Source: Candidatus Omnitrophota bacterium
GTDB lineage: Bacteria; Omnitrophota; Gorgyraeia; Gygaellales; Profunditerraquicolaceae
NCBI GenBank assembly: GCA_016867115.1
Contig: VGKG01000004.1
Location: 6,536 to 70,535 of the forward strand
Reading direction: 5' to 3'
Length of the DNA: 64,000 nucleotides
Shown in pieces: positions 6,240-15,962 of the stretch. Under the pieces are notes generated by a model that made no database searches, was not told where the DNA came from, and saw nothing but the letters and a program-made list of their open reading frames with translations. Both the position numbers and the translations under genes were made by a program. Position 1 is the first letter of the stretch, and the number at the start of each line of letters is the position of its first letter.

Positions 6240-8567
6240 TTATGAGCCGGGACTACTAGCTGAGCCAAAGATAAAGCCGGTCTCCAGTTTTCTATAGTTC
6301 GACAAAAGCGGAATCAGGCTGCTTAGCTTAAAGAGCACGATTACCAGGCATGTGTTAAAGAGCCCCAGGACCGGCAAAAGGATGACCCCGCCCAGTATCC
6401 CGGCAAGCCAACCGCCCATCAGGTCCGAAGCATAGAGGATGCCGGCAGTGGCGCCTACTTCTTTTTGCGTCTCAAGGTAGAGCCTGCTGGCCAGGGGAAA
6501 CTCAAGCCCCATCAGTATTCCTGAGATCAGAAATAAAAGGATAAAAGCTAAAACAGTGTAATACCCGGGCAAGAAGCCGCGCGTAATGACGCCGGCCATG
6601 ATCAGGACAAAAGCGACGAGAATGAACTCGATCAGCGCAAATGCGCGCAGCCCCTTTATCGCGCTCTTCAGGCCCGCGCTGATCAGGATGCTGCCTAAAG
6701 CGATACCGGTCATGAAGATGCTGATCAGTATGCCGATGTGGCGGTAGAGATACCCGTAAAAGACCTGGAAGGCAAATATCAGAATAAGGTTCGCCAGCAT
6801 CCCGAAAAAACCGGTGGTAAAAATGCTGTAGGCCACGATGCGTAATCCCTTCCGGCTGCAGCGTAAAAAAGCAGACAGCGCCAAAGTCAATAAAAGGAAC
6901 CCCAAAGCAACTGTTGCCAGATTCAGGCCCGCAAAGGATTGCAGAAAAGCGCCCATAGACGGGGAAAACTTCTTATTCCAGAGCACCAGAGTCTCAAAGA
7001 CGGCGATCGGAGCGAAGTCCCGGTTGACTTTTTTAGTCGCGCCGGAGATTGACTGGTTGAACCACTCGACCCATTTTCTGTCCAGCCTGTAGGCAAGATA
7101 GTCAGGCACCAGGAGCCCGGGCTTGATGCGGCGTGAGGCGAGCCTCTCCGAGACCCCTTTTACCGTCAAGTCTATCACGCGGGGAGAATCGCTGGCCAGG
7201 AACATATTATAATCTCCGGGGATTACGCGCACAAACGGGAATGCACTTTTTAGCGCCGACAATACGGAGGCATTGGTGTCCCGCAGCTGCCTGCTTAAAT
7301 GCACCAGCGACCCCGGCAGGCAAAAGGCCAGTATCCCTCCCGGATTCAGCCTCTTCTTTATCAGGCCGAAGGACTCCGCCGTAAAGAGGCGGTTAGTTGA
7401 AAGGTCGCGCGGGACGGTAAAACCGATCAGGGCCGCGTCATAGGTATCCGGGCTGATGCGCAGGTAAAAACGGCCGTCGGTATTGACGATCCTGACCCTG
7501 CGGTCAGAGAGCTCCCTGAGTGTCAGCGCAGTGGGGTACCGGGCGAGCATCTCGATCAGCAGCGGGTCAAGCTCGGCATAATGCAGCCTCTCTACCGGAT
7601 GCCCCAGTATCTCGCTGATCAGGCCTCCTGCCCCTCCTCCTATGACCAGGATGTCCCGGGGGTCATCGTGGAACAAAAGCGGGAGATTGCCGAACTCCTG
7701 CACAAAGGCGATATCCGGGTAAGGCGCGCTGATTGCCGGCACGCCGTTATAGAAGAAAGTATACTGCTCAAGCTGGCGCGTTACCGTGATATTGCCGTAA
7801 ATGGAATTCTGATAGTCCAGGACCTGCTGATTCTGCCACTGCCTGCTTATTGACAAACGCTCAAGGTCGTCTATGCCTTTGGCCAGGATAAAGACGGCGA
7901 ATATAGCAAGCAGGAACAAGGCGGCGAAACGGTAAAGCCCGCGCAGGGGCCTGAAAAAAATAAAGCAGATCAGCAGATTAAGGAGGCTGACCATGAACGC
8001 GACCTGAAAGGAATTGAAATAGGGGATGAAGATATAGGTAAGCATTATCCCGCCCAGCATCGTGCCGGCGGTCTCCCAGGCATAGACCCGGCTGATGCTT
8101 AATACCGGCTCGTTCTGTTGCGCGGGATATATCTTGCAGGCGAGGCTAAAAAGGGCGCCGTGACAGGCTGCTACCGGCAGGTTCGCCAGCAGCGAGATGA
8201 TGAAGACGCCCCAGAGGCCGACCGCTTCTCCCTGGGGGATGCCGGCTGCCACTTTGGCGATACGGGCAAGATAGATCGCAGCCGGAAGACAGAGCGCAAA
8301 TAGCGCCTGAAGAATAAAGAAGACGTCTATCTTCTTCCTTATCCCGGCGATTGCCCTGCCGAGGCTGAATACCCCCAGCGCTTCAGAGAGTATCCAGTTC
8401 GCCAGGATCACTCCGATGGTCAGCTCATTGCCGTAGAAGACGACCAGCAGCTCCCGCAGCAGGAGCACCTGCGCCACCACCCCGCTTAAACCGATGATCA
8501 GGATCGTAAAAATATACATTTTGACGGGATTAAACCTGAATCTGAAAATGCCGAAGGCAAAACCCAA
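6240..8567 (-). CDS. Membrane-fused spermidine synthase-like (polyamine aminopropyltransferase-like) protein
   Basis: 775 aa. Many TM helices flank a central Rossmann segment, VLVIGGGAGGLISEILGH ... YDAALIGFTVPRDLSTNRLFTAESF, typical of spermidine/spermine synthase-like domains fused to membrane modules. Confidence 0.7.
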   Translation of the reverse strand: MGFAFGIFRFRFNPVKMYIFTILIIGLSGVVAQVLLLRELLVVFYGNELTIGVILANWILSEALGVFSLGRAIAGIRKKIDVFFILQALFALCLPAAIYLARIAKVAAGIPQGEAVGLWGVFIISLLANLPVAACHGALFSLACKIYPAQQNEPVLSISRVYAWETAGTMLGGIMLTYIFIPYFNSFQVAFMVSLLNLLICFIFFRPLRGLYRFAALFLLAIFAVFILAKGIDDLERLSISRQWQNQQVLDYQNSIYGNITVTRQLEQYTFFYNGVPAISAPYPDIAFVQEFGNLPLLFHDDPRDILVIGGGAGGLISEILGHPVERLHYAELDPLLIEMLARYPTALTLRELSDRRVRIVNTDGRFYLRISPDTYDAALIGFTVPRDLSTNRLFTAESFGLIKKRLNPGGILAFCLPGSLVHLSRQLRDTNASVLSALKSAFPFVRVIPGDYNMFLASDSPRVIDLTVKGVSERLASRRIKPGLLVPDYLAYRLDRKWVEWFNQSISGATKKVNRDFAPIAVFETLVLWNKKFSPSMGAFLQSFAGLNLATVALGFLLLTLALSAFLRCSRKGLRIVAYSIFTTGFFGMLANLILIFAFQVFYGYLYRHIGILISIFMTGIALGSILISAGLKSAIKGLRAFALIEFILVAFVLIMAGVITRGFLPGYYTVLAFILLFLISGILMGLEFPLASRLYLETQKEVGATAGILYASDLMGGWLAGILGGVILLPVLGLFNTCLVIVLFKLSSLIPLLSNYRKLETGFIFGSASSPGS

Positions 8568-8576
8568 GAGGGGATT

Positions 8577-9800
8577 TTAGTTATTTTCAAAACTCTGACA
8601 AAACTGTTCAGAATTAAGTTTAGAGCTCAAGGCAACCGTCAAGCCCAATATAACCCAGAAAAGAAAGCTCAACTGGAAAGAATACAGATGTGTATCAAAT
8701 AAACTGTGCACTAAAAATCCCACTAATCCAGCATTTAAACCCATTAAAAGAAAAAAGTCTAAGGATTTTGGCATTCCTGATATTGATTTAATACTTCTAA
8801 AAAATACATATCCTACGAGTGACAGAAAGCATAATAAAGAAAAAATTCCTGATTCGGCCCATATTTGAAGATAACAATTATGTGCATATAATGCTCCAAA
8901 ATTATTGGTGTATTGGGCACAGTAATCCATAAAGGTTCCAATCCCCTTACCGAGAAAGGGGTTTTCTTTGATCATCCCCCAGGCGCCTCGGGCAAGCAAA
9001 AATCTGTATGAATCACCACTGGCTCTCATGAAATAGAAAATAGCTGCTATTATAGGAATCAAAAAAATAAAAGTTGAGAAAAATATTAAAGCAAACCACT
9101 TTTCTATTCGCTTGTAATTTGCTACTAATATTATATAAATTAGGCCTGATATAAGGCCAATCCATCCCCCCCGAGAAGATGCCAAGATAGAAGACGTGAT
9201 AAGCATGCCTGCAATTAAAAATAAACCCAACTTTGCCGCAATATTCTTCCATCTCCATAAACTAAGACTTAAGACAATGGGCATAATACAGACTGCATAA
9301 GCTGCCAAATAATTTTGATTTTTGAATGGTCCGGTAACAGGCGTAGAAAAGCTAGGCAAAGTTCTTCCCCGTAAAAATTCAAAACCTAAGAATCTTTGCG
9401 TAAGAACCGTGAGTCCTACCAGTGCCGCACTAAATAAAATGACCCCCGCTGCCTTAGTAATGCGTCTATTATCACGAAATGTATCTACGATCGCCCAAAG
9501 AAGCAAAGGAAATCTGCCCCATTTTATGAAAAGGGCCTTCACGCTCTTAGTAATTAATGGCCCGCTGTTAAATAGTGATAGGCCCATAAAAATAAAGAAA
9601 AATAAAAGAAATAAGAACAGCAGTTTGTTCGATTTTATAGCAGTCAAATCCCTCGAAAGTATCGTCTTAATAAAAAATAAAACACTCGCTATACCTGCGA
9701 AAATCCCGATCAGGGCTATAGAAATCGGAATAAAAAAGATTACCCCGCAGAACATATATTCAACCGCCGCATCTAATAATTTTATTATTTTTGACTTCAT
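8577..9800 (-). CDS. O-antigen ligase/polymerase family (Wzy_C domain) polytopic membrane protein
   Basis: 407 aa with about 10 TM helices. The SRGGWIGL and AHNCYLQIWAESGI motifs resemble the Wzy_C/WaaL signature. The segment is AT-rich. Confidence 0.6.
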   Translation of the reverse strand: MKSKIIKLLDAAVEYMFCGVIFFIPISIALIGIFAGIASVLFFIKTILSRDLTAIKSNKLLFLFLLFFFIFMGLSLFNSGPLITKSVKALFIKWGRFPLLLWAIVDTFRDNRRITKAAGVILFSAALVGLTVLTQRFLGFEFLRGRTLPSFSTPVTGPFKNQNYLAAYAVCIMPIVLSLSLWRWKNIAAKLGLFLIAGMLITSSILASSRGGWIGLISGLIYIILVANYKRIEKWFALIFFSTFIFLIPIIAAIFYFMRASGDSYRFLLARGAWGMIKENPFLGKGIGTFMDYCAQYTNNFGALYAHNCYLQIWAESGIFSLLCFLSLVGYVFFRSIKSISGMPKSLDFFLLMGLNAGLVGFLVHSLFDTHLYSFQLSFLFWVILGLTVALSSKLNSEQFCQSFENN

Positions 9801-11629
9801 ATTTTTATTATTTCCTGTAGCCTCTTAACTATTTCCCTATTATCCATAACATTAACCGCTCTTTCCAGATCCTTTATTTTCTCTCTCAGAATCTTTGAAT
9901 CAAATGAATCCAATTTTGCAATATAAATTTTGTCCGCTTTGGTAGCCTTATCCCTTTCGGTATTTAAAAGTGTCTCCTCAAAAAGCTTCTCGCCTGGCCG
10001 CAATCCAATATATTCTATTTTTATATCTACATCAGGTTTTAAGCCGTAAAGGATGATCATTTCCTTTGCTAAATCCAAAATTTTTATCTGCTCTCCCATG
10101 TCTAAAATAAAAATCTCACCGGCCTCCCCCATACTTCCAGCCTGCAGTACCAGCTGGGCCGCTTCATTAATACTCATAAAATACCTTTTAACTTCCGGAT
10201 GGGTTATGGTTAAAGGCCCGCCCTCTTCAATCTGCCTCTTAAACAACGGGATCACGCTTCCATTTGAACCCAAGACATTGCCGAACCTTACAGCCATATA
10301 CTTAGTCTTACTGATCTTGGCTTTAGCCTGTAAAATCATCTCCACAATTCTTTTGGTCATGCCCATTACGCTCGTAGGGTTTACTGCCTTGTCAGTAGAT
10401 ATAAAAATAAACCTTTCGGCCTTGTAATGGTTGGCGGCGTAAATAAGGTTTCTGCTTCCGATAATGTTATTTTTAACTGCCGCCCCGGGATTCCCCTCCA
10501 TAAGCGGGACATGCTTATGCGCTGCTGCATGGAAAATAATCTCGGGCCTATAAAGTGAAAAAATACTTTTTAGCAGGCCTATGTCTTTTATATCACCGAT
10601 TATAGTACTGAATTTGATGTGGCGGTATTTTGTCAGAAATTCGATCCCCAGGTAATAAACATCATTTTCATTATGATCGAATAATAAAATTTCTTTGGGG
10701 TTAAAATTAACTATCTGCCTGCATAACGCTGAACCTATTGAGCCTCCGGCACCGGTAACTAAAACTACCTTTTCAAATAAATAATCTTTAATTTCTTCCT
10801 TATTAATATTGACCGTGTCTCTGCCCAGAAGGTCTTCCGGCTTTATTTCCCGAGGCTTAGCCTCCAACTCTCCGCTGATCAGATTCTGCAAGCCCGGGAC
10901 AATCCTGATTTTAACAGAAGGAATCTTGCAGTACGCAATAATACTTCTTATCTCTTCGCCTTTGGCAGAAGGAATTGCAATGATGATCTCTTCGACCCCG
11001 TACTCTTCAACAACCGAAGGGATATCGCTACGAGTCCCTAAAATATTTACCCCCTGGACACGCAAATTTCTTTTTCTTGAGTCATCATCAATAAAACCGA
11101 CTATCTCTATATTAGATTTAAGGTTCATGCGGGTTTCTCTTAGAACCATCACCCCTGCTTCACCTGCCCCGACAATTAAGGCGTTTTTACGTTTTGTTTT
11201 ATACTCGGAACGAAATTTCTCCCTGAATAGCCGGCTAACAAAACGGATCCCCGCTATAAAGCAGAAACTTAATATAAAATCGATAGCGATAATTGAACGC
11301 GGAAAGCCCTCAAAAGTATGGATAAAAGCGATCGCGGGGACAAAACATAATACGGCTAGAACATGGGCCTTAATAATTTTCCAAATATCATCTACGCTGG
11401 CATACCTCCATAAGCCGGAATAAAGCCCAAGGTAGCCGAAAATAACCATCTTAAAGCAGACAAGGATAGGCAAGGTCTTAAGAATTATCTGCCAGGAATT
11501 ACTATCAATCTTAAAATCTAACCGTAGAAAGAAAGCAAGCAGGTAGGCGCAAATTACCAGGATTAACTGGGTAACTATGATAATTAACCGCCGTAATCTA
11601 AGGATCAGCTCTTTTAAGTTCATAACCAT
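9797..11629 (-). CDS. Membrane-anchored NDP-sugar 4,6-dehydratase/epimerase (PglF/CapD/WbpM family)
   Basis: 610 aa. It has N-terminal TM helices, then two Rossmann regions (IVGAGEAG; VLVTGAGGSIGSALCRQI) and a CapD-like C-terminus. It overlaps the downstream gene by 4 nt. Confidence 0.8.
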   Translation of the reverse strand: MVMNLKELILRLRRLIIIVTQLILVICAYLLAFFLRLDFKIDSNSWQIILKTLPILVCFKMVIFGYLGLYSGLWRYASVDDIWKIIKAHVLAVLCFVPAIAFIHTFEGFPRSIIAIDFILSFCFIAGIRFVSRLFREKFRSEYKTKRKNALIVGAGEAGVMVLRETRMNLKSNIEIVGFIDDDSRKRNLRVQGVNILGTRSDIPSVVEEYGVEEIIIAIPSAKGEEIRSIIAYCKIPSVKIRIVPGLQNLISGELEAKPREIKPEDLLGRDTVNINKEEIKDYLFEKVVLVTGAGGSIGSALCRQIVNFNPKEILLFDHNENDVYYLGIEFLTKYRHIKFSTIIGDIKDIGLLKSIFSLYRPEIIFHAAAHKHVPLMEGNPGAAVKNNIIGSRNLIYAANHYKAERFIFISTDKAVNPTSVMGMTKRIVEMILQAKAKISKTKYMAVRFGNVLGSNGSVIPLFKRQIEEGGPLTITHPEVKRYFMSINEAAQLVLQAGSMGEAGEIFILDMGEQIKILDLAKEMIILYGLKPDVDIKIEYIGLRPGEKLFEETLLNTERDKATKADKIYIAKLDSFDSKILREKIKDLERAVNVMDNREIVKRLQEIIKI

Positions 11630-11676
11630 TAATTATATAACAAATTACAACTTTATCAATTGGCTTATACGGGTTT

Positions 11677-12237
11677 TTAATGCCGCACGCCCTCCCTTTT
11701 TATAGCCTTTACCAGGGTCAAGAGGATGATATATAAATCAAAAACGAAGGAGCGATGATTAAGGTAATACTCATCAAAAGAGACCTTTGCGGGAATGAGT
11801 AAATCATCCCTTCCGTTTACCTGTGCCCAGCCGGTGATCCCCGGAATCAACTTATGGATATTTTTCTTAGTGCGTAATTCCACAAGGTCATTTTGGTTAA
11901 ATAAAGCCGGCCGCGGGCCCACAAAGCTCATATCGCCTTTTAAGACGTTAAATAATTGCGGTAGTTCATCGAGGCTGTATTTACGCAAAAATGACCCTGC
12001 AGGGATCAAATAATCATCTGGATTTTTCATTAGATGAGTGGCTACCTGGGGCGTATTTAACTTCATTGTCCTGAATTTAGCCATCTTAAAAATGGAGTTA
12101 TTTATACCTATGCGGTCTGTCCAGAATATAGCCGGGCCTTTTGAAACCAGCTTTATCAAAAGAAAAATAATCAGCATCGGAATACTTAACAGCGTCAATA
12201 AAAATAAGGCTAAGAGCAGATCAAAGGTCCGTTTCAT
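11677..12237 (-). CDS. Undecaprenyl-phosphate sugar phosphotransferase (small PglC/WbaP-C-terminal-type bacterial sugar transferase)
   Basis: 186 aa. MKRTFDLLLALFLL TM anchor, then the conserved core ...DELPQLFNVLKGDMSFVGPRP. Confidence 0.8.
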   Translation of the reverse strand: MKRTFDLLLALFLLTLLSIPMLIIFLLIKLVSKGPAIFWTDRIGINNSIFKMAKFRTMKLNTPQVATHLMKNPDDYLIPAGSFLRKYSLDELPQLFNVLKGDMSFVGPRPALFNQNDLVELRTKKNIHKLIPGITGWAQVNGRDDLLIPAKVSFDEYYLNHRSFVFDLYIILLTLVKAIKREGVRH

Positions 12238-13185
12238 TTAACTTGCGCTCCTCACAGTCTCTCTTATTCCCTGCTCGATACTAAAAGGCGCCTTCCAACC
12301 TAACCGATTACGGATCTTACTGCTATTAATAACCAGGGTCTGCGTTAACTTATCCAATTCCCTGCTCTTTCCGATCAGCCTGCAAGCTACCTTCAGAAAG
12401 CCGCTGGGAAAATAAAATAACCTTGCCTTCTTTCCCGTAGCAGAGGCAAGCATATTTATTAATTCGGTGACGGTCACATCCTGGCCGTCGCTCACTAAAA
12501 ATGTCTGGTTGGCGGCACCGGGATGCTCAACGCACTTTATTATTACATCAATAAGGTTCCCTACGTAAATAAAACTGCGTCTATTTTCTAAGTTAGCGAA
12601 CGGTAAGGGTAGGCCGGTCCGGATAAGTTGCATCAACCTGTCAAAATTCCCCGGTGAATCCATGCCATAAACCAAAGGGGGACGTAAAACTACTGTCTCT
12701 AATTCAGAATTTTGTGCAGCCCTATGGAGCACCTCCTCTGCTTCCCATTTAGAGACTGAATAAGCATTATCGGGATTTGGCCGATCCTCTTCCGAAAAAA
12801 AACCGCCCCGGCTGCTTTCTCCGTTTACTCCGATAGAGCTAAGAAAGATCAGGCGCCTTGCGCCCGCGCGTACAGCCGCGCTTGCCAAGCATTCGGTCCC
12901 AAGAACGTTTATCTTGCGGTATTCATAAAGAGGATCCCTTGCTCTTTCTTTGATAATATGGCTGCGGGCTGCCAGGTGAATGACTACATCGGTTTCGCTC
13001 AGGATCTCATCCCAATTACTCACTTGATCTATGGAGTCGATCTCTACCGGTTCTACGCCTTCAGGAAGAGTATCCTTGCTATTACGGCGTATCAGACCCT
13101 TCACCTTCCAACCTCTATGTAAAAGCTCTTTACAAAGGTTACGCCCGATAAAACCGTTTGCTCCGGTTACAAGAATATGATTCAT
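12238..13185 (-). CDS. NAD-dependent epimerase/dehydratase family protein
   Basis: ILVTGANGFIGRNLCKELL Rossmann start. 315 aa. Short-chain dehydrogenase/epimerase-like. Confidence 0.75.
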   Translation of the reverse strand: MNHILVTGANGFIGRNLCKELLHRGWKVKGLIRRNSKDTLPEGVEPVEIDSIDQVSNWDEILSETDVVIHLAARSHIIKERARDPLYEYRKINVLGTECLASAAVRAGARRLIFLSSIGVNGESSRGGFFSEEDRPNPDNAYSVSKWEAEEVLHRAAQNSELETVVLRPPLVYGMDSPGNFDRLMQLIRTGLPLPFANLENRRSFIYVGNLIDVIIKCVEHPGAANQTFLVSDGQDVTVTELINMLASATGKKARLFYFPSGFLKVACRLIGKSRELDKLTQTLVINSSKIRNRLGWKAPFSIEQGIRETVRSAS

Positions 13186-14045
13186 CTGCTCTCTCCAGCC
13201 GGATAATCCTTCCTTAAGAAGGCCTTATAGAAGTGCTTCCTTGCAAAATTGGGCATTAACCTTACTATGCTCTTCATAAAAATATTACTTAAAAATTCCG
13301 GATAACTCAGGAATCCTATGGCCAGGAACTTCTTCTGGGCCTCTATTTCATTTAATAAATACCTGAACCCGCCCCTTCTCCTGAACATGTCATCGCTGAT
13401 CCTGACCTTTGCCAGGTACTCCGGAATGTTTGCCAGCCTGCTCCCCGATTTTATCGCCCTGACCATCAGATAATAATCTTCGAATCCGAAGAGGTTCTCG
13501 TAATTTCCGGCCCTGAGGATTACATCCCTCTTGAACATGATCGTAACATGATTGACCGGCATGCGTTTTTTCGCAAAACGGACAATATCTTCATGTTCCG
13601 TGGGCAGATTTCTTCTGCCCCAGATGTTGCTTTCCTTATCCATGAACTCGAAAGCGAAAGAACCTACGATATCGATTTCACTATTATTTTCCAGAAAATC
13701 CGCCTCTTTCTTAAATCTGTCGCTGCAGCTGATATCGTCGCTGTCCATTATAGCAATAATCCCGAATTTACACCGCTCTACCCCTCGGCGCAATGCCTCG
13801 CCCCTGCCGATCTGTTTATCAAATACCAGAGCGGTGAATAAATCCGGATGGGCTTTCATAAAATATCCTAAAACCTCATCTAATTCCTTCGTCAACGGCC
13901 CGTCTTTAACGACAACTACTTGAGAGGGCATTAATGTCTGATTTATTATACTTTCCAAAGCCTCTTTGAAATATTCCGGATTCTCTTTGTCGTAGACAGT
14001 TATTAAAACAGAAAAATCTTTCATTTGTGCAATATAAGGCAACAA
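13182..14045 (-). CDS. Glycosyltransferase family 2
   Basis: 287 aa. FSVLITVYDKENPEYFKEALESIINQT ... MDSDDIS (DxD-type) is a GT2 signature. Confidence 0.75.
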   Translation of the reverse strand: MLPYIAQMKDFSVLITVYDKENPEYFKEALESIINQTLMPSQVVVVKDGPLTKELDEVLGYFMKAHPDLFTALVFDKQIGRGEALRRGVERCKFGIIAIMDSDDISCSDRFKKEADFLENNSEIDIVGSFAFEFMDKESNIWGRRNLPTEHEDIVRFAKKRMPVNHVTIMFKRDVILRAGNYENLFGFEDYYLMVRAIKSGSRLANIPEYLAKVRISDDMFRRRGGFRYLLNEIEAQKKFLAIGFLSYPEFLSNIFMKSIVRLMPNFARKHFYKAFLRKDYPAGESR

Positions 14046-14060
14046 AAAGTTAAATATATT

Positions 14061-14831
14061 CTACTGAACATTATTAACCCCTAACAGCCGGTTCCTTACA
14101 GATTCGTATCTTTCGTTTCCTATTATCCTTTTAGTGCCCTTTCTTATCTCATAGCTCAATCTGGCAAGAATTATATTAAACCAGGAAGGATCTATCCTGG
14201 ATGGCATAGTAGGGATATCAACGGCCCTGTTCATTGAATTTCTGTATAGAATCCCTTTTTGTAATTGTTTTATGCCGTTAATGCCGGGGGTTGAAGTGCA
14301 CATTATTCTATAGCCGGCCTTCTTTGCCAGGTCAATTATCCTCTTATTAAAATCGCCCTGAGGAAAAGAAAGGGCATCAATTTTTGTACCAAGCTTATCC
14401 TCGAGCAGGCAGCGGGAGGCATAAAGTTCCTCTTGCGCCTCTTCTGCCGGTAGTCTGGAAAGTATCCGGTGGCTGATTGTATGCGAGCCTATCTCCATAT
14501 TGTTATCTTTCAGCTCCCTGATCATATCCCACTGCATAAAACCGCTTTTTCCTACAAAGCTAGCTGTTATAAAGAAGCTTCCCCGAAAATCAAGCTCTTT
14601 AAGCAAAGGGAAAGCTATCTCATAATCGCTAAGTCCGCCGTCATCAAATGTAAACGTAATAGACTTATCGTGACTACTCAAAGAATTGCCGTAAAAATCT
14701 CTTAGGTTTTTTACGCTAAATGAAGAATCTTTTATCTGATTTAATAATGCCTTAAAGAAGTCTCCCGTGACTGAGTAAAAATCATGCGATGGGATACTTG
14801 TTATGTTATGAAAAAGGAGTATATTCAGCAT
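14061..14831 (-). CDS. Polysaccharide deacetylase (NodB homology domain)
   Basis: TFDDGGLSDYEIAFPLLKE ... HTISHR, typical of CE4 deacetylases. Confidence 0.7.
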   Translation of the reverse strand: MLNILLFHNITSIPSHDFYSVTGDFFKALLNQIKDSSFSVKNLRDFYGNSLSSHDKSITFTFDDGGLSDYEIAFPLLKELDFRGSFFITASFVGKSGFMQWDMIRELKDNNMEIGSHTISHRILSRLPAEEAQEELYASRCLLEDKLGTKIDALSFPQGDFNKRIIDLAKKAGYRIMCTSTPGINGIKQLQKGILYRNSMNRAVDIPTMPSRIDPSWFNIILARLSYEIRKGTKRIIGNERYESVRNRLLGVNNVQ

Positions 14832-14833
14832 TC

Positions 14834-15937
14834 TTAATTTTTCCTGCCTGCGCCGGTAAAGGCGGCCTTATTCAGGCCCTCTGCAATGTACTCCATGTGC
14901 TTCCTGGTCAAGCTATGGTTAACAGGCAAAAGCAAGAGGTTTTCATTAAAGATTTTTGTCTGTGGGTAATTATCCACGGGTACCGACACCCCCTCCTGGC
15001 CGGGCCAAATAATTGCTTCTATCCCCAGGCGGATCAATTTATCAAATACCTCTTTCCTGTCATTAACCAAAATAGGAAAAAATTGCGGGCAAGACCCGGC
15101 AGGCAAACCCGGGAAAAGAACTAAGATCCCATCCGTGTTTTTTATTAATCCAGAAAGATAGTTGTAGTTTTCTTTTCTCCGGCTAAGTGCACTTTTTAGA
15201 TAAGGATTACTAGTGTTGCCGGCTACGCGACTTTCCGTACAATATTGTGTTGCCTCTAACCCTCCGGAGAACGCCGAAGAATCGGTATTCCCGAAAAGGC
15301 TCCGGAGTGCATTCTTTACCCGTAAAATATTAATACCGGAGATAAATGCCAGCCTTTCAGCCATCATTAAAGCTTTCTTTTTGACGCCCGAATGCACCCT
15401 TGGAAAAGAAAGCAGATTATCTGTACAAGACTGGCTCTTCTCAATAACTAATCCTCCGCATGTAACCGCAAGTAGTTTCCTGAAACTGAAAATAGATATA
15501 TCCCCTGACATGCCGGCAAAACAGGTTGCATCCGCGTCAGGCAGGATATGGGCGCAATCCTCAATAAGAATAAGATTATATTTAGCACAAAGCGCCTTTA
15601 TACCTTCAAGCTCCCGTAATATACCAAAAAAGTGGACTACAAGAAGATAATCGCCTGCCGAAAATTTAAGGTTAGAAACTTGCGGCATGAATCGGTGATC
15701 TAAATCATAATATTCTATCTTTAAATTACAGCTCTGGATCGGTTTTAAAAGGCTTCTGCACATAAATGCCGGAATCCAAACGGTTTTGCCTCCTGTGCGT
15801 TTCTCTAAAACCGATTGCAATGCAGTGCGCGCACCTGGATAGATACACGATATCTCAAAAGGAAATGAACCTGCTATGTCTATAGTAGAAGGATTTCTAC
15901 CTAAAAGTGATATTGTCGGGTTGGCGGGTATGAACAT
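14834..15937 (-). CDS. PLP-dependent enzyme, DegT/DnrJ/EryC1/StrS-like (divergent)
   Basis: 367 aa. Domain order resembles DegT (…GKTVWIPAFMCRSLLKPIQSCNLKIEYYDLD … IEDCAHIL), but conservation is weak. Confidence 0.45.
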   Translation of the reverse strand: MFIPANPTISLLGRNPSTIDIAGSFPFEISCIYPGARTALQSVLEKRTGGKTVWIPAFMCRSLLKPIQSCNLKIEYYDLDHRFMPQVSNLKFSAGDYLLVVHFFGILRELEGIKALCAKYNLILIEDCAHILPDADATCFAGMSGDISIFSFRKLLAVTCGGLVIEKSQSCTDNLLSFPRVHSGVKKKALMMAERLAFISGINILRVKNALRSLFGNTDSSAFSGGLEATQYCTESRVAGNTSNPYLKSALSRRKENYNYLSGLIKNTDGILVLFPGLPAGSCPQFFPILVNDRKEVFDKLIRLGIEAIIWPGQEGVSVPVDNYPQTKIFNENLLLLPVNHSLTRKHMEYIAEGLNKAAFTGAGRKN

Positions 15938-15962
15938 TTATTCCTTATTAAATTATTGAATC

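Noticed and set aside
6106-6297. 63-aa plus-strand ORF in the pgk-upstream spacer
   Set aside because: It has no SD and no homology, and it spans a region dominated by RNA-like hairpins and the palindrome. It was treated as non-coding.
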